A DNA stretch of 64,000 nucleotides from Candidatus Nomurabacteria bacterium (GCA_016699085.1 CP064958.1:345375-409374), one strand, 5' to 3'; counted from the first letter of the stretch, positions 1 to 7,160 are shown. The notes: generated from the letters alone by a model not told the origin. Numbers and translations are program-made.

Positions 1-76
1 CGTGAAACATATTTCATAAGTTACACATGAAACTTATCAATATTTTGAACATTATGTTACACGTGTAACAAATTAT

Positions 77-571
77 ATGAAAATACAAGCAGAGTACATT
101 GGCTACTCAAAAGTAAAATATATACTTGAATACGAAGACTGTGATGATTTTTCTATATTGCCATATGAAAAATGTACTCAGGTATATACGGTTTGTTTTA
201 ATGAAGACAAAATAATCATTGGATACGGCGGTCATAAAAATACATGGGGACTCATAGGGGGTACAATTGAGCCTGGTGAAACTTTTGAACAAACTTTAAT
301 TAGGGAAGTACAAGAAGAATCAAACCATAAACTACTAAAAATGTTACCCATAGGCTATCAAAAGGTGACGGACACAAGAGATAATTCCATTGTTTATCAA
401 TTGCGATATGTTTCATGTGGAACACCATACGGGCCTTTTATTTCAGATCCAGCGGGTACTATAACGCAAATAGCATGTATTGAACCATGTGACTATAAGA
501 AATATTTTGATTGGGGCAAAATTGGAGAGCGAATCATGCAACGAGCTGTAGAATTAAAAGATCAGCTTTAA
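77..571 (+). CDS. NUDIX hydrolase
   Basis: Nudix box-like GGTIEPGETFEQTLIREVQEESN (GX5EX7REVXEEXG pattern); 164 aa. Confidence 0.8.
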   Translation: MKIQAEYIGYSKVKYILEYEDCDDFSILPYEKCTQVYTVCFNEDKIIIGYGGHKNTWGLIGGTIEPGETFEQTLIREVQEESNHKLLKMLPIGYQKVTDTRDNSIVYQLRYVSCGTPYGPFISDPAGTITQIACIEPCDYKKYFDWGKIGERIMQRAVELKDQL

Positions 572-598
572 ATCTGTTAGTGTGACAGATATCTAAGT

Positions 599-988
599 AT
601 GCCAAAAGTATTTACATCAAAAAGCCAAAAAATTGGAGAACTAGGTGAAGATATAGCTTGTAAGTATCTTACTAAGCACGAGTATACTATTTCGGAGCGA
701 AACTATACAAAAAAATGGGGTGAAATAGATATTGTAGCTCAAAAAGGCCAAAAAATTTACTTTGTTGAGGTAAAATCTCAGAATCAAGTGGGTGTTACAC
801 ATGAAACTATTCGTCCAGAAGAAAATATGCATCCCAAGAAATTACAGAGGCTCTCTCGAACGATTCAGACGTATGTCCTTGAGAAAACGAGTGGGGAAGT
901 TGATTGGCAATTTGATCTTATTGTTGTCCTTTTGAATGAAAACAAAAAGACAGCCCATGTACGTCGCATAGAAAATATTATTTTGTAA
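599..988 (+). CDS. YraN/UPF0102 family endonuclease-like protein
   Basis: GELGEDIACKYL ... WGEIDIVA ... FVEVKSQ motifs typical of YraN family; 129 aa. Confidence 0.7.
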   Translation: MPKVFTSKSQKIGELGEDIACKYLTKHEYTISERNYTKKWGEIDIVAQKGQKIYFVEVKSQNQVGVTHETIRPEENMHPKKLQRLSRTIQTYVLEKTSGEVDWQFDLIVVLLNENKKTAHVRRIENIIL

Positions 989-1034
989 ATTTGACAAAAT
1001 ATAAATTTTCTTATATAAAGATAAAAACTTTTGT

Positions 1035-1493
1035 ATGTTCTACACTTTGCTTCTTTTTATGGCAGCATTACAAAATGTGCCAATTCAGATTCCATTAGAT
1101 GCAGCAAGACCAGTGGCAATTCTTGACAGTGTGCAATTGAAGCGGTTGCACAAGGGACGTTTTGATGACACAAAAGTAAATCGTTTAGATGGAAACCTGT
1201 ACGTACGGTTTCAAGATAAAAATATTTATTTTTTCGACAAGGATAATCTTAATGCAACTCTTTCCAAAGAAGGGAAGTTACTGCAGGTGCTTATATGGAA
1301 AGATACTGTTTTATACAGCTATGTGTATTTGGATTCGTTGAGTGAGATTGGTGTAATGATGACCTATACAAAAGATAAGGAATTTATATCAGGGGGAGAA
1401 ATTCCTGCAAACGAATCTTTGAGGGTTGTGTATCCAATTATTAAGGTCAGATTTGATTCAATAAAAATATTTACTTCAGGTTCAAAAAAATGA
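1035..1493 (+). CDS. hypothetical protein
   Basis: ORF with hydrophobic N-terminus, followed by terminator hairpin; no recognisable domain. Confidence 0.4.
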   Translation: MFYTLLLFMAALQNVPIQIPLDAARPVAILDSVQLKRLHKGRFDDTKVNRLDGNLYVRFQDKNIYFFDKDNLNATLSKEGKLLQVLIWKDTVLYSYVYLDSLSEIGVMMTYTKDKEFISGGEIPANESLRVVYPIIKVRFDSIKIFTSGSKK

Positions 1494-1505
1494 TACAGCA
1501 CAAGG

Positions 1506-1535
1506 AAAGGCGACCATAAGTCGCTTTTTTATTTT
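1506..1535 (+). terminator. rho-independent terminator (GGCGAC-cataa-GTCGC + T-run)
   Basis: GC hairpin followed by TTTTTTATTTTTT immediately after ORF 1035-1493. Confidence 0.6.
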
Positions 1536-1628
1536 TTCTATTATTGTAAATAACATTGTATTTGAAGGGGAATATGCTAGGATAGGGAAGTTCAGTTTTT
1601 AATTCGTAATTCTTAATTTTAATTGATT

Positions 1629-1756
1629 TCGGGGTGTGGTCCGCCAGTGGTCGGGTAAATGTAACGGCTAATCACGACTACGCTTGCGCTCCGCTGGACT
1701 GTGATTTCTACAGTTTCTTTGAAACTAAGAAATCGGGAGCATTCCTGTTTTGGGGA
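1629..1756 (+). repeat. disrupted tRNA-Pro 5'-half pseudocopy (fragments separated by insertions)
   Basis: tcggggtgtggt (1629-1640) = first 12 nt of tRNA-Pro, then 20-nt insertion, then gtaacggctaa, later attcctgttttgggga at 1741-1756 matching the anticodon arm. Confidence 0.55.
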
Positions 1757-1777
1757 TACAATTCTTTTCATACCAAT
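1757..1777. repeat. 21-bp perfect inverted repeat, left arm (tacaattcttttcataccaat)
   Basis: exact reverse complement of 1883-1903; flanks the intact tRNA-Pro. Confidence 0.8.
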
Positions 1778-1797
1778 AAGATTTTTGAGATATGAGT

Positions 1798-1870
1798 CGG
1801 GGTGTGGTGTAACGGCTAACATTCCTGTTTTGGGAACAGGCGACTCAGGGTTCGAATCCCTGCACCCCGA
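1798..1870 (+). tRNA. tRNA-Pro (anticodon UGG)
   Basis: Manual fold: 7-bp acceptor CGGGGTG/CACCCCG, D-arm, anticodon stem CCTGT/ACAGG with loop TTTGGGA (UGG), T-arm CAGGG-TTCGAAT-CCCTG, discriminator A; no encoded CCA. Confidence 0.9.
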
Positions 1871-1882
1871 CCCATATCTTAA

Positions 1883-1903
1883 ATTGGTATGAAAAGAATT
1901 GTA
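1883..1903. repeat. 21-bp perfect inverted repeat, right arm (attggtatgaaaagaattgta)
   Basis: exact reverse complement of 1757-1777. Confidence 0.8.
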
Positions 1904-1945
1904 TCCGGAGATTTGGGAAATCTCCGTGGCATTTTATAAAAATGA

Positions 1946-1974
1946 GGCGACTCAGGGTTCGAACCACTCCCGAC
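1946..1974 (+). repeat. degenerate tRNA-Pro 3'-half pseudocopy
   Basis: GGCGACTCAGGGTTCGAA identical to tRNA-Pro positions 43-60, then diverges (CCACTCCCGAC). Confidence 0.55.
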
Positions 1975-2024
1975 AAAAGCAAAGCTTGTGTGGAAACGAT
2001 AATTTTAAATTTCCAAATAACTAT

Positions 2025-2369
2025 ATGGATGAGCAAAAAAATGTGCCTATGCCAATACAAGTTTCTAAGCTACAAGGATTTATTGACTTCATCCGGGAGC
2101 AGGGAGTTGTTGGTCTTGCGATCGGTTTTATTTTAGGTGGCGCAGTATCAAAAATTGTTGGGTCTTTGGTAGATAATGTTATCAATCCGATCGTCGGGAT
2201 TATTCTCGGTAAAGTTGATCTTGCTGAACGCATGATTACTATTGGACAGGCAAGCATTAAATGGGGAGCATTCGTCTCGTCAATTATTGATTTTGTCGTT
2301 ATTGCTGCAGTCGTTTATTTTGGATTTAAGATGCTTGGACTCGAAAAACTAGATAGGAAGAAAGAATAA
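2025..2369 (+). CDS. mscL: large-conductance mechanosensitive channel MscL
   Basis: GFIDFIREQGVVGLAIGFILGGAVSKIVGSLVDNVINPIVG ... KMLGLEKLDRKKE matches MscL TM1/TM2 architecture; start chosen at 2025 (alt 2049). The track ORF from 1899 reads through tRNA-fragment DNA and is too long. Confidence 0.8.
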   Translation: MDEQKNVPMPIQVSKLQGFIDFIREQGVVGLAIGFILGGAVSKIVGSLVDNVINPIVGIILGKVDLAERMITIGQASIKWGAFVSSIIDFVVIAAVVYFGFKMLGLEKLDRKKE

Positions 2370-2372
2370 TTT

Positions 2373-2444
2373 GCCTTCGTAGTTCAATGGATAGAACGCA
2401 AGTTTCCGGAACTTGTAATATAGGTTCGATTCCTGTCGAAGGCA
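2373..2444 (+). tRNA. tRNA-Arg (anticodon CCG)
   Basis: Manual fold: acceptor GCCTTCG/CGAAGGC, D-arm GTTC-AATGGATA-GAAC, anticodon stem CAAGT/ACTTG with loop TTCCGGA, T-arm ATAGG-TTCGATT-CCTGT, discriminator A. Confidence 0.85.
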
Positions 2445-2528
2445 CACAAAGAGTTTTGTGTGCGCCAGGAATCGAATGGAGTTTCGTTATCGAGTTTACG
2501 AGATCGAAACTCACCTGCGGCAGTTGCC

Positions 2529-2547
2529 GAGATTCCTGTCGAAGGCA
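2529..2547 (+). repeat. direct duplicate of tRNA-Arg 3' end (gattcctgtcgaaggcaca)
   Basis: 19-nt exact copy of 2428-2446, 100 bp downstream; enclosed in a larger hairpin CAGGAATCG ... GATTCCTG with internal 8-bp stem GAGTTTCG/CGAAACTC. Confidence 0.7.
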
Positions 2548-2592
2548 CAGATGCATTTTCTATGATTTTTTGCTATTGTGTGAGCATTCACT

Positions 2593-2663
2593 GCGGGATT
2601 AGTTAAATGGTATAACTCTAGTTTTCCAAACTAGTGTCGGGAGTTCGATTCTCCCATCCCGCA
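2593..2663 (+). tRNA. tRNA-Gly (anticodon UCC)
   Basis: Manual fold: acceptor GCGGGAT/ATCCCGC, D-arm GTTA-AATGGTA-TAAC, anticodon stem CTAGT/ACTAG with loop TTTCCAA, T-arm GGGAG-TTCGATT-CTCCC, discriminator A. Confidence 0.9.
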
Positions 2664-2677
2664 CAAACTTGCTATAT

Positions 2678-2768
2678 CTGGCAATTACTCGAACTCCTTT
2701 AATAATACGCCTTATTTATCAACAAGAACTGAATTTTGATTACTAGTATTTAGTTCGATTCCACGATG
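2678..2768 (+). repeat. island end-repeat A, copy 1 (~90 bp)
   Basis: ggcaaTtactcgaactcCTttaATaatacgccttatttatcaa ... tagttcgattcca aligns with copy 2 at 3872-3963; contains tRNA T-arm-like TAGTTCGATTCCA. Confidence 0.7.
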
Positions 2769-2786
2769 GTTTAATAATCTTAAATT

Positions 2787-3443
2787 ATGAAATGCTATTT
2801 ATGTTTAAAAGAAATAATGAATGAAAAAGTATCGAGGGATCACGTACCAGCGCGAAATATTTTTCCTGAACCAAAGCCATCAAACTTAATGACACTTCCA
2901 ACCCACTTAATATGTAACCAAGAGTATTCAGATGATGAGGAAATATTTAGGACTGATATTGTTTCAATAGCAGATATTGAAAATAATCCAAGCGCTAAAA
3001 ATGTCTGGGAAAAAGTAAAAAGAAGTCATGATAAAAATCCAAATAAACAAATAGAAATGTTTTCAAGGATTGAGTTTATTAATATAAAAGACCACAGAAT
3101 TCCTCAGCTGAAATTATCAGAAGAAAGAACAAAGAGAGTTATTACTAAAATAGCAAAAGGACTATATAATAAGCGCACAGGAAATTTTATAGATAATTTA
3201 TATGAAATAAAGATACATTTCCAACCAGTAGAATTTATACCTGATTTATTAAAAAAGCTCAATATAAAGGAACTTTCACTGATACTTTTTCCTATGCAGG
3301 CGCCGTCTCAAAAAGTGGGTCAATTTGGTGGATGGTTTTCTATAAACGAATTGCTGCTATTGTTAGTTTCTGGAATGAAGAGATGGAAAAGGAAACTCAA
3401 TCAGTCTAAGCTTGTGAAAATAATAATCTATTATAAAATTTGA
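2787..3443 (+). CDS. hypothetical protein with N-terminal HNH-like motif
   Basis: N-terminus MKCYLCLKEIMNEKVSRDHVPARNIFPE (C-x2-C ... DHVP, HNH ββα-Me-like) and THLICNQE; rest of the 218 aa unrecognised. Confidence 0.45.
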   Translation: MKCYLCLKEIMNEKVSRDHVPARNIFPEPKPSNLMTLPTHLICNQEYSDDEEIFRTDIVSIADIENNPSAKNVWEKVKRSHDKNPNKQIEMFSRIEFINIKDHRIPQLKLSEERTKRVITKIAKGLYNKRTGNFIDNLYEIKIHFQPVEFIPDLLKKLNIKELSLILFPMQAPSQKVGQFGGWFSINELLLLLVSGMKRWKRKLNQSKLVKIIIYYKI

Positions 3444-3458
3444 TATACTGGGTCTACT

Positions 3459-3782
3459 ATGCCAATGATAAATGTCGAATATGATAGTAATCTGGTTCCT
3501 GAACCGGATATTCAGTCCCTATCGGAAGCTATAAGGGATATTGTATCTAATGTTACAGGAATTGAAGATGTCTTTACATATGCGAATTCTGCAAGGATCA
3601 AAATTAAGATTGCTCCAATTGAAATTTTTGTCCGCATGACAGATAAGAAAATAAAAGACGAAGACGCTTTAGTGAATGACATCAAATTAAAGCTAAAGGA
3701 ATGGAAAGTAGCAAGTAATTTCCAATATCCTATTAATCTCACTTTAATACCTATGAATTGGAAGGTAGAAATAGGCATTTAA
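3459..3782 (+). CDS. hypothetical protein
   Basis: 107-aa ORF immediately downstream of the HNH-like ORF inside module 1 of the tRNA-Gly island. Confidence 0.4.
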   Translation: MPMINVEYDSNLVPEPDIQSLSEAIRDIVSNVTGIEDVFTYANSARIKIKIAPIEIFVRMTDKKIKDEDALVNDIKLKLKEWKVASNFQYPINLTLIPMNWKVEIGI

Positions 3783-3789
3783 TGTAAAG

Positions 3790-3852
3790 TAGGAATATGT
3801 ATATAAGCATCATATTTTTTCTGAAACACGGTTCGAACATCCTGCACGGTGG
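3790..3852 (+). repeat. island end-repeat B, copy 1
   Basis: gaaacacggttcgaacatcctgcacggtgg (3823-3852) is 30/30 identical to 4913-4942; upstream ~30 nt also similar; starts right after the stop of ORF 3459-3782. Confidence 0.75.
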
Positions 3853-3871
3853 TTGCACAAAGTTACCACTT

Positions 3872-3963
3872 ATGGCAAGTACTCGAACTCACTTATAAAA
3901 TAGCCTTATTTATCAAAAATAAATCACCAAGTAAATAAGATTCTTAGTTCGATTCCATAAGGG
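3872..3963 (+). repeat. island end-repeat A, copy 2
   Basis: aligns with 2678-2768 (~80% identity), same TACTCGAACTC ... CCTTATTTATCAA ... TAGTTCGATTCCA landmarks. Confidence 0.7.
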
Positions 3964-3993
3964 AATGTTTTGCTTGGTGTAACAAATAGTTAA

Positions 3994-4548
3994 ATGCAAT
4001 CAGACAAGCAAAAAGGAAAATTTCTATCAAAACTCCAGATTGTTTCTATGGAACAAAGAATTAAGGGGGCTTTAGAATATCATTTCTTTAGATATCAGAC
4101 TTTAGAAAAAGAGGGGCATCCTGTTGATTTGGCAGGCAATTTTAAGTCAGACAATGAACGGTCTGAAGCCGCCAGAAATGAAATTAAGTATGAATTAGCG
4201 GCATATCTTAATCAGTTAGGAGCTTTTTACCATTTCATTTGCTCTCAAGATGTTACACAACCCGTAGACCCTGATTTAAAAGAAACTTGGTATGATTTAC
4301 ATAAAAATGGGGTACTCCATTTTATGGACAATAAGTGGTCTGGACACCGTTCTGTAGATTGTCCCAAGAAAGAAGATAGTGATTCAGTCCACACACAAAT
4401 AATGTTTTTTGATGTTGGTGCAACTACTTGGAATGGCGAGCACTTTATGGTAAACATTCACGAGAAGTCCCTAGATCTTTGTGACCTGCATCCGAAAATT
4501 AAGAAATTTATAAACTGGGCTTTTAAGGAAATTAATAAAAAAGCCTGA
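3994..4548 (+). CDS. hypothetical protein
   Basis: 184-aa ORF, first gene of module 2; no recognisable domain. Confidence 0.4.
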   Translation: MQSDKQKGKFLSKLQIVSMEQRIKGALEYHFFRYQTLEKEGHPVDLAGNFKSDNERSEAARNEIKYELAAYLNQLGAFYHFICSQDVTQPVDPDLKETWYDLHKNGVLHFMDNKWSGHRSVDCPKKEDSDSVHTQIMFFDVGATTWNGEHFMVNIHEKSLDLCDLHPKIKKFINWAFKEINKKA

Positions 4549-4612
4549 GAATAGAAGGAATGATTGTATCTACAATCTTCATCTACAAGAAAACCAAATT
4601 TATTTACTACCG

Positions 4613-4882
4613 ATGAAGTACTTATTAATAATTCTATTGATTGCGGCTGGATTTTGGATTTTTCACAAAAAAGACGTTTGGGAAGGATTTTATTATCCAA
4701 ATGGTTGTTTAAGTTGTGCTGAAAACTATATCTATAGTCCAAAATTTGAAACAAAAGAGGAATGTTTTGATTGGGCAGATTCCATAAAAATTTCTAGAAA
4801 TAATCCCGACGATTTATTCGAATGTGGCTTAAACTGTAAATATAAAGATGGATTTAATGTTTGTGAGGAAACTGTAGATTAG
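4613..4882 (+). CDS. small Cys-rich membrane-anchored/secreted hypothetical protein
   Basis: N-terminal hydrophobic helix MKYLLIILLIAAGFWIF, six Cys in 89 aa. Confidence 0.4.
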   Translation: MKYLLIILLIAAGFWIFHKKDVWEGFYYPNGCLSCAENYIYSPKFETKEECFDWADSIKISRNNPDDLFECGLNCKYKDGFNVCEETVD

Positions 4883-4942
4883 GAATGTGGATGTATTCAT
4901 TATTTCTTGTTAGAAACACGGTTCGAACATCCTGCACGGTGG
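4879..4942 (+). repeat. island end-repeat B, copy 2
   Basis: 30-nt perfect match to 3823-3852 plus similar upstream flank; starts right after the stop of ORF 4613-4882. Confidence 0.75.
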
Positions 4943-4995
4943 TGCACATAAAACACTTGACCTGGATGTAAAGCATTCAGGTTTTAGTGTTTTAC

Positions 4996-5011
4996 TGCGG
5001 ATGGAGAATCG
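4996..5011 (-). repeat. inverted copy of tRNA-Gly 3' end (T-loop/acceptor fragment)
   Basis: tgcggatggagaatcg is the reverse complement of cgattctccatccgca, i.e. tRNA-Gly cgattctcccatcccgca minus 2 nt. Confidence 0.55.
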
Positions 5012-5094
5012 AAAGACGGAGGCCGCGAAGCCGTCCGAAGGACGTGGCCGAGTCGGGGTCGAGAAATTTTTATGCAATAAAAAATATTCGTGAC

Positions 5095-5136
5095 CGATTC
5101 TCCTCCGCCAAAGGTCGGACAAGCATCCCGCACAAA
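5095..5136 (+). repeat. direct copy of tRNA-Gly 3' end with 21-nt internal insertion (putative attR of the island)
   Basis: cgattctcc[tccgccaaaggtcggacaagc]atcccgcacaaa versus tRNA-Gly 2643-2669 cgattctcccatcccgcacaaa. Confidence 0.7.
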
Positions 5137-5330
5137 ATAAAAATTCCCTCGAAAGGGAATTTTTTACATGATTTTTCCTAAGAAATTAGAATGATGATTT
5201 TTGATAAATTGTTTCCGAATATAATAACGTCGGGCTTTTCTTCGAAAACAATTAATAATTGTAGGTTCTTTTCCATGCTAAGTAATTATTTCTCATACTA
5301 TACCACATCAATTAATTTTAAGCAAATAAA

Positions 5331-5350
5331 ATCCCGAACAAAGTCGGGAT
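5331..5350 (-). terminator. rho-independent terminator for the minus-strand gene 5365-5820
   Basis: ATCCCGA-acaaag-TCGGGAT hairpin with T-run on the minus strand. Confidence 0.55.
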
Positions 5351-5364
5351 AATAAAATTTTTCT

Positions 5365-5820
5365 TTATAAACATACAGCACGATATTGTATCTTGTCGAT
5401 GTTCACTTCCGGTTGAACTCCATGATCAATATTTAAATAATAGGTAACCATTGACTGAATTTGAGCCAGGGTCTTGTCACTTTTCTTGCCGTTTTCTTCA
5501 ATACTGATGCCATTAGTCGTGCCGGTACTACAGTCTACTTTAACTGTATATATACGTTCGCATTCACTAAAATAAAAAATTGATGTTCCGGCATCACCAG
5601 AATCAGTATTCATTATGAGTCCGTGGCTCTCAACAAAATTAACGAATCTTTCCCCGCAGTCCTGATTCGTCGTTCTGAAACTTACAAACGACGGGGTGCA
5701 TGTAGGGAAGAACTCCCTCTCTTTTGCTGTTGCATTTGTTTGTGCGTATGTTTGTGTTGTCAAAATGAAGGTACTCATGAGTACCAAGAGTAGTAGTTTC
5801 ATAGTGCAGTTTTTCTCCAC
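5365..5820 (-). CDS. secreted hypothetical protein
   Basis: signal peptide MKLLLLVLMSTFILTTQTYA; several Cys; no known domain. Confidence 0.5.
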   Translation of the reverse strand: MEKNCTMKLLLLVLMSTFILTTQTYAQTNATAKEREFFPTCTPSFVSFRTTNQDCGERFVNFVESHGLIMNTDSGDAGTSIFYFSECERIYTVKVDCSTGTTNGISIEENGKKSDKTLAQIQSMVTYYLNIDHGVQPEVNIDKIQYRAVCL

Positions 5821-5862
5821 TATACTCGCTTGTATGAGATTTGCAATAGTTTGCAGGCAAAG

Positions 5863-5892
5863 AAAAAATCCGGGGATAGGACCGGATTTTTT
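5863..5892. terminator. bidirectional rho-independent terminator downstream of hup
   Basis: AAAAAATCCGG-ggatagga-CCGGATTTTTT. Confidence 0.7.
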
Positions 5893-5974
5893 CTTATATA
5901 TTTTTTTCTCGAGAAAAAAATTATTTGTCCTTCGAGATACTCAGGATAAATAATCCTAGTTTTTTTCAAAGGAA

Positions 5975-6247
5975 TTATTTAACTGCGTCCTTAAATGCTT
6001 TTGCTGCGCGGAATTTTGGAACTTTGACTGCAGCAACTTTGACTTGCTCACCAGTCTTTGGATTTCTAGCCATGCGCGCTGCGCGCTGTTTGACTGAGAA
6101 GATGCCGAGGCCAGCGATAGATACCTCATCTCCCTTTTTCAAGGTTGAAATGATCGCATCAATCAAGCCATCAACAATTTCTTCAGCGGCAACTTTGGTG
6201 CCGCCAATCTTTCCATGAACCCATTCTACGAGTGCTTGTTTATTCAT
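5975..6247 (-). CDS. hup: DNA-binding protein HU
   Basis: MNKQALVE ... GLGIFSVKQRAARMARNPKTGEQVKV ... RAAKAFKDAV: canonical HU/IHF fold, 90 aa. Confidence 0.92.
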   Translation of the reverse strand: MNKQALVEWVHGKIGGTKVAAEEIVDGLIDAIISTLKKGDEVSIAGLGIFSVKQRAARMARNPKTGEQVKVAAVKVPKFRAAKAFKDAVK

Positions 6248-6386
6248 AGCAATAGAAATGTGTGTGGAACTAAGTGATAATATAACGACCCGTCATCTGG
6301 TTGCGTTGTACGAAACCATCAAACGCTTGCCTATAAGTATATCGCCCTTTGTTTACAATGCAAGGTAGGATTAAATTTGACAAATC

Positions 6387-7160
6387 TTATTTTCCGTTTT
6401 GCCACGCAATGTTAAAAAGCGAGGTAAGTAAGCCTGCAATTTTACTATTTTTTACAATCGCTGTGTGGAGTCCTTTGTCCCATACAGTAAATGCTACTGT
6501 ATCACCGAAAATTGATGTCTGAACGTCCGGATTGTACATTTCTTTGGAAATCGATCGTACTTCGCGAGATTTGCCGAGAGCATCTTGCTTCTCAAATTCT
6601 GCAAATGGAGATTCTGGTAATAGAAGCCGAACTTTGATCTTCTTTTTCTCGCGTTTTTCTCGAAATGTTTTGAGTTTCTCCCTTGCAATAGTAAATTTCT
6701 CTGCTTCACCGCCAAAACGAAGAATTTCCGCATGACCGCCTTCAAGCGAGCGATAAAATGTCTCGACGAAACCATCTTCACCTGCAAGTTCTTCGATCTC
6801 GATAGGCTCCTCACCGCGAGAGATCGTGAAAAGTGCTTGTAGCTCTGGTAGTGTCCGCTCAAGAATGCTTTTGCGTTCATTGATACTGGTCTCATCATAG
6901 CTGATGATCTGACGCAGGCGCAAAGGCGAATCAATATAGAAAAATCTTCGCTTACCTTGCTTCTGAACAAGGACAGCGCCTTTTTCAACTAGCTCTTCGA
7001 TAGAAAGATGGACGCTTGACCGAGGCAAATGCACTAGCTGTGCAACATCTTGTATGGAAAGTGGCTCTGCACCTGAAAGTGCAACAATGATTTCTACTTG
7101 CGTTCGATCGAATCCAGCTTTGCGTAAAGAAGCTTTCAATTCCTGTGGTATTTGTTTCAT
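6387..7160 (-). CDS. TrmB-family transcriptional regulator
   Basis: N-terminal winged-helix GFDRTQVEIIVALSGAEPLSIQDVAQLVHLPRSSVHLSIEELVEKGAVLVQKQGKRRFFY typical of TrmB. Confidence 0.7.
   Translation of the reverse strand: MKQIPQELKASLRKAGFDRTQVEIIVALSGAEPLSIQDVAQLVHLPRSSVHLSIEELVEKGAVLVQKQGKRRFFYIDSPLRLRQIISYDETSINERKSILERTLPELQALFTISRGEEPIEIEELAGEDGFVETFYRSLEGGHAEILRFGGEAEKFTIAREKLKTFREKREKKKIKVRLLLPESPFAEFEKQDALGKSREVRSISKEMYNPDVQTSIFGDTVAFTVWDKGLHTAIVKNSKIAGLLTSLFNIAWQNGK

Noticed and set aside
1619-2602. Track ORFs overlapping tRNA genes and tRNA fragments (1619-1822 -, 1701-1892 +, 1845-2060 -, 5' part of 1899-2369 +, 2326-2556 -, 2387-2602 +)
   Set aside because: They read through or against well-folded tRNA genes and their duplicated fragments. 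The MscL ORF is real only from ~2025 onward.
4990-5145. Possible tmRNA (ssrA) gene: tRNA-like ends (GCGGATG ... CATCCCGC) around a GC-rich core next to tRNA genes
   Set aside because: No T-arm in the right place, the 5'/3' pairing is a 13-bp helix rather than acceptor + T-arm, and no plausible tag ORF ending in (A)LAA-stop downstream of a resume codon. Better explained as inverted and direct copies of the tRNA-Gly 3' end (att remnants).
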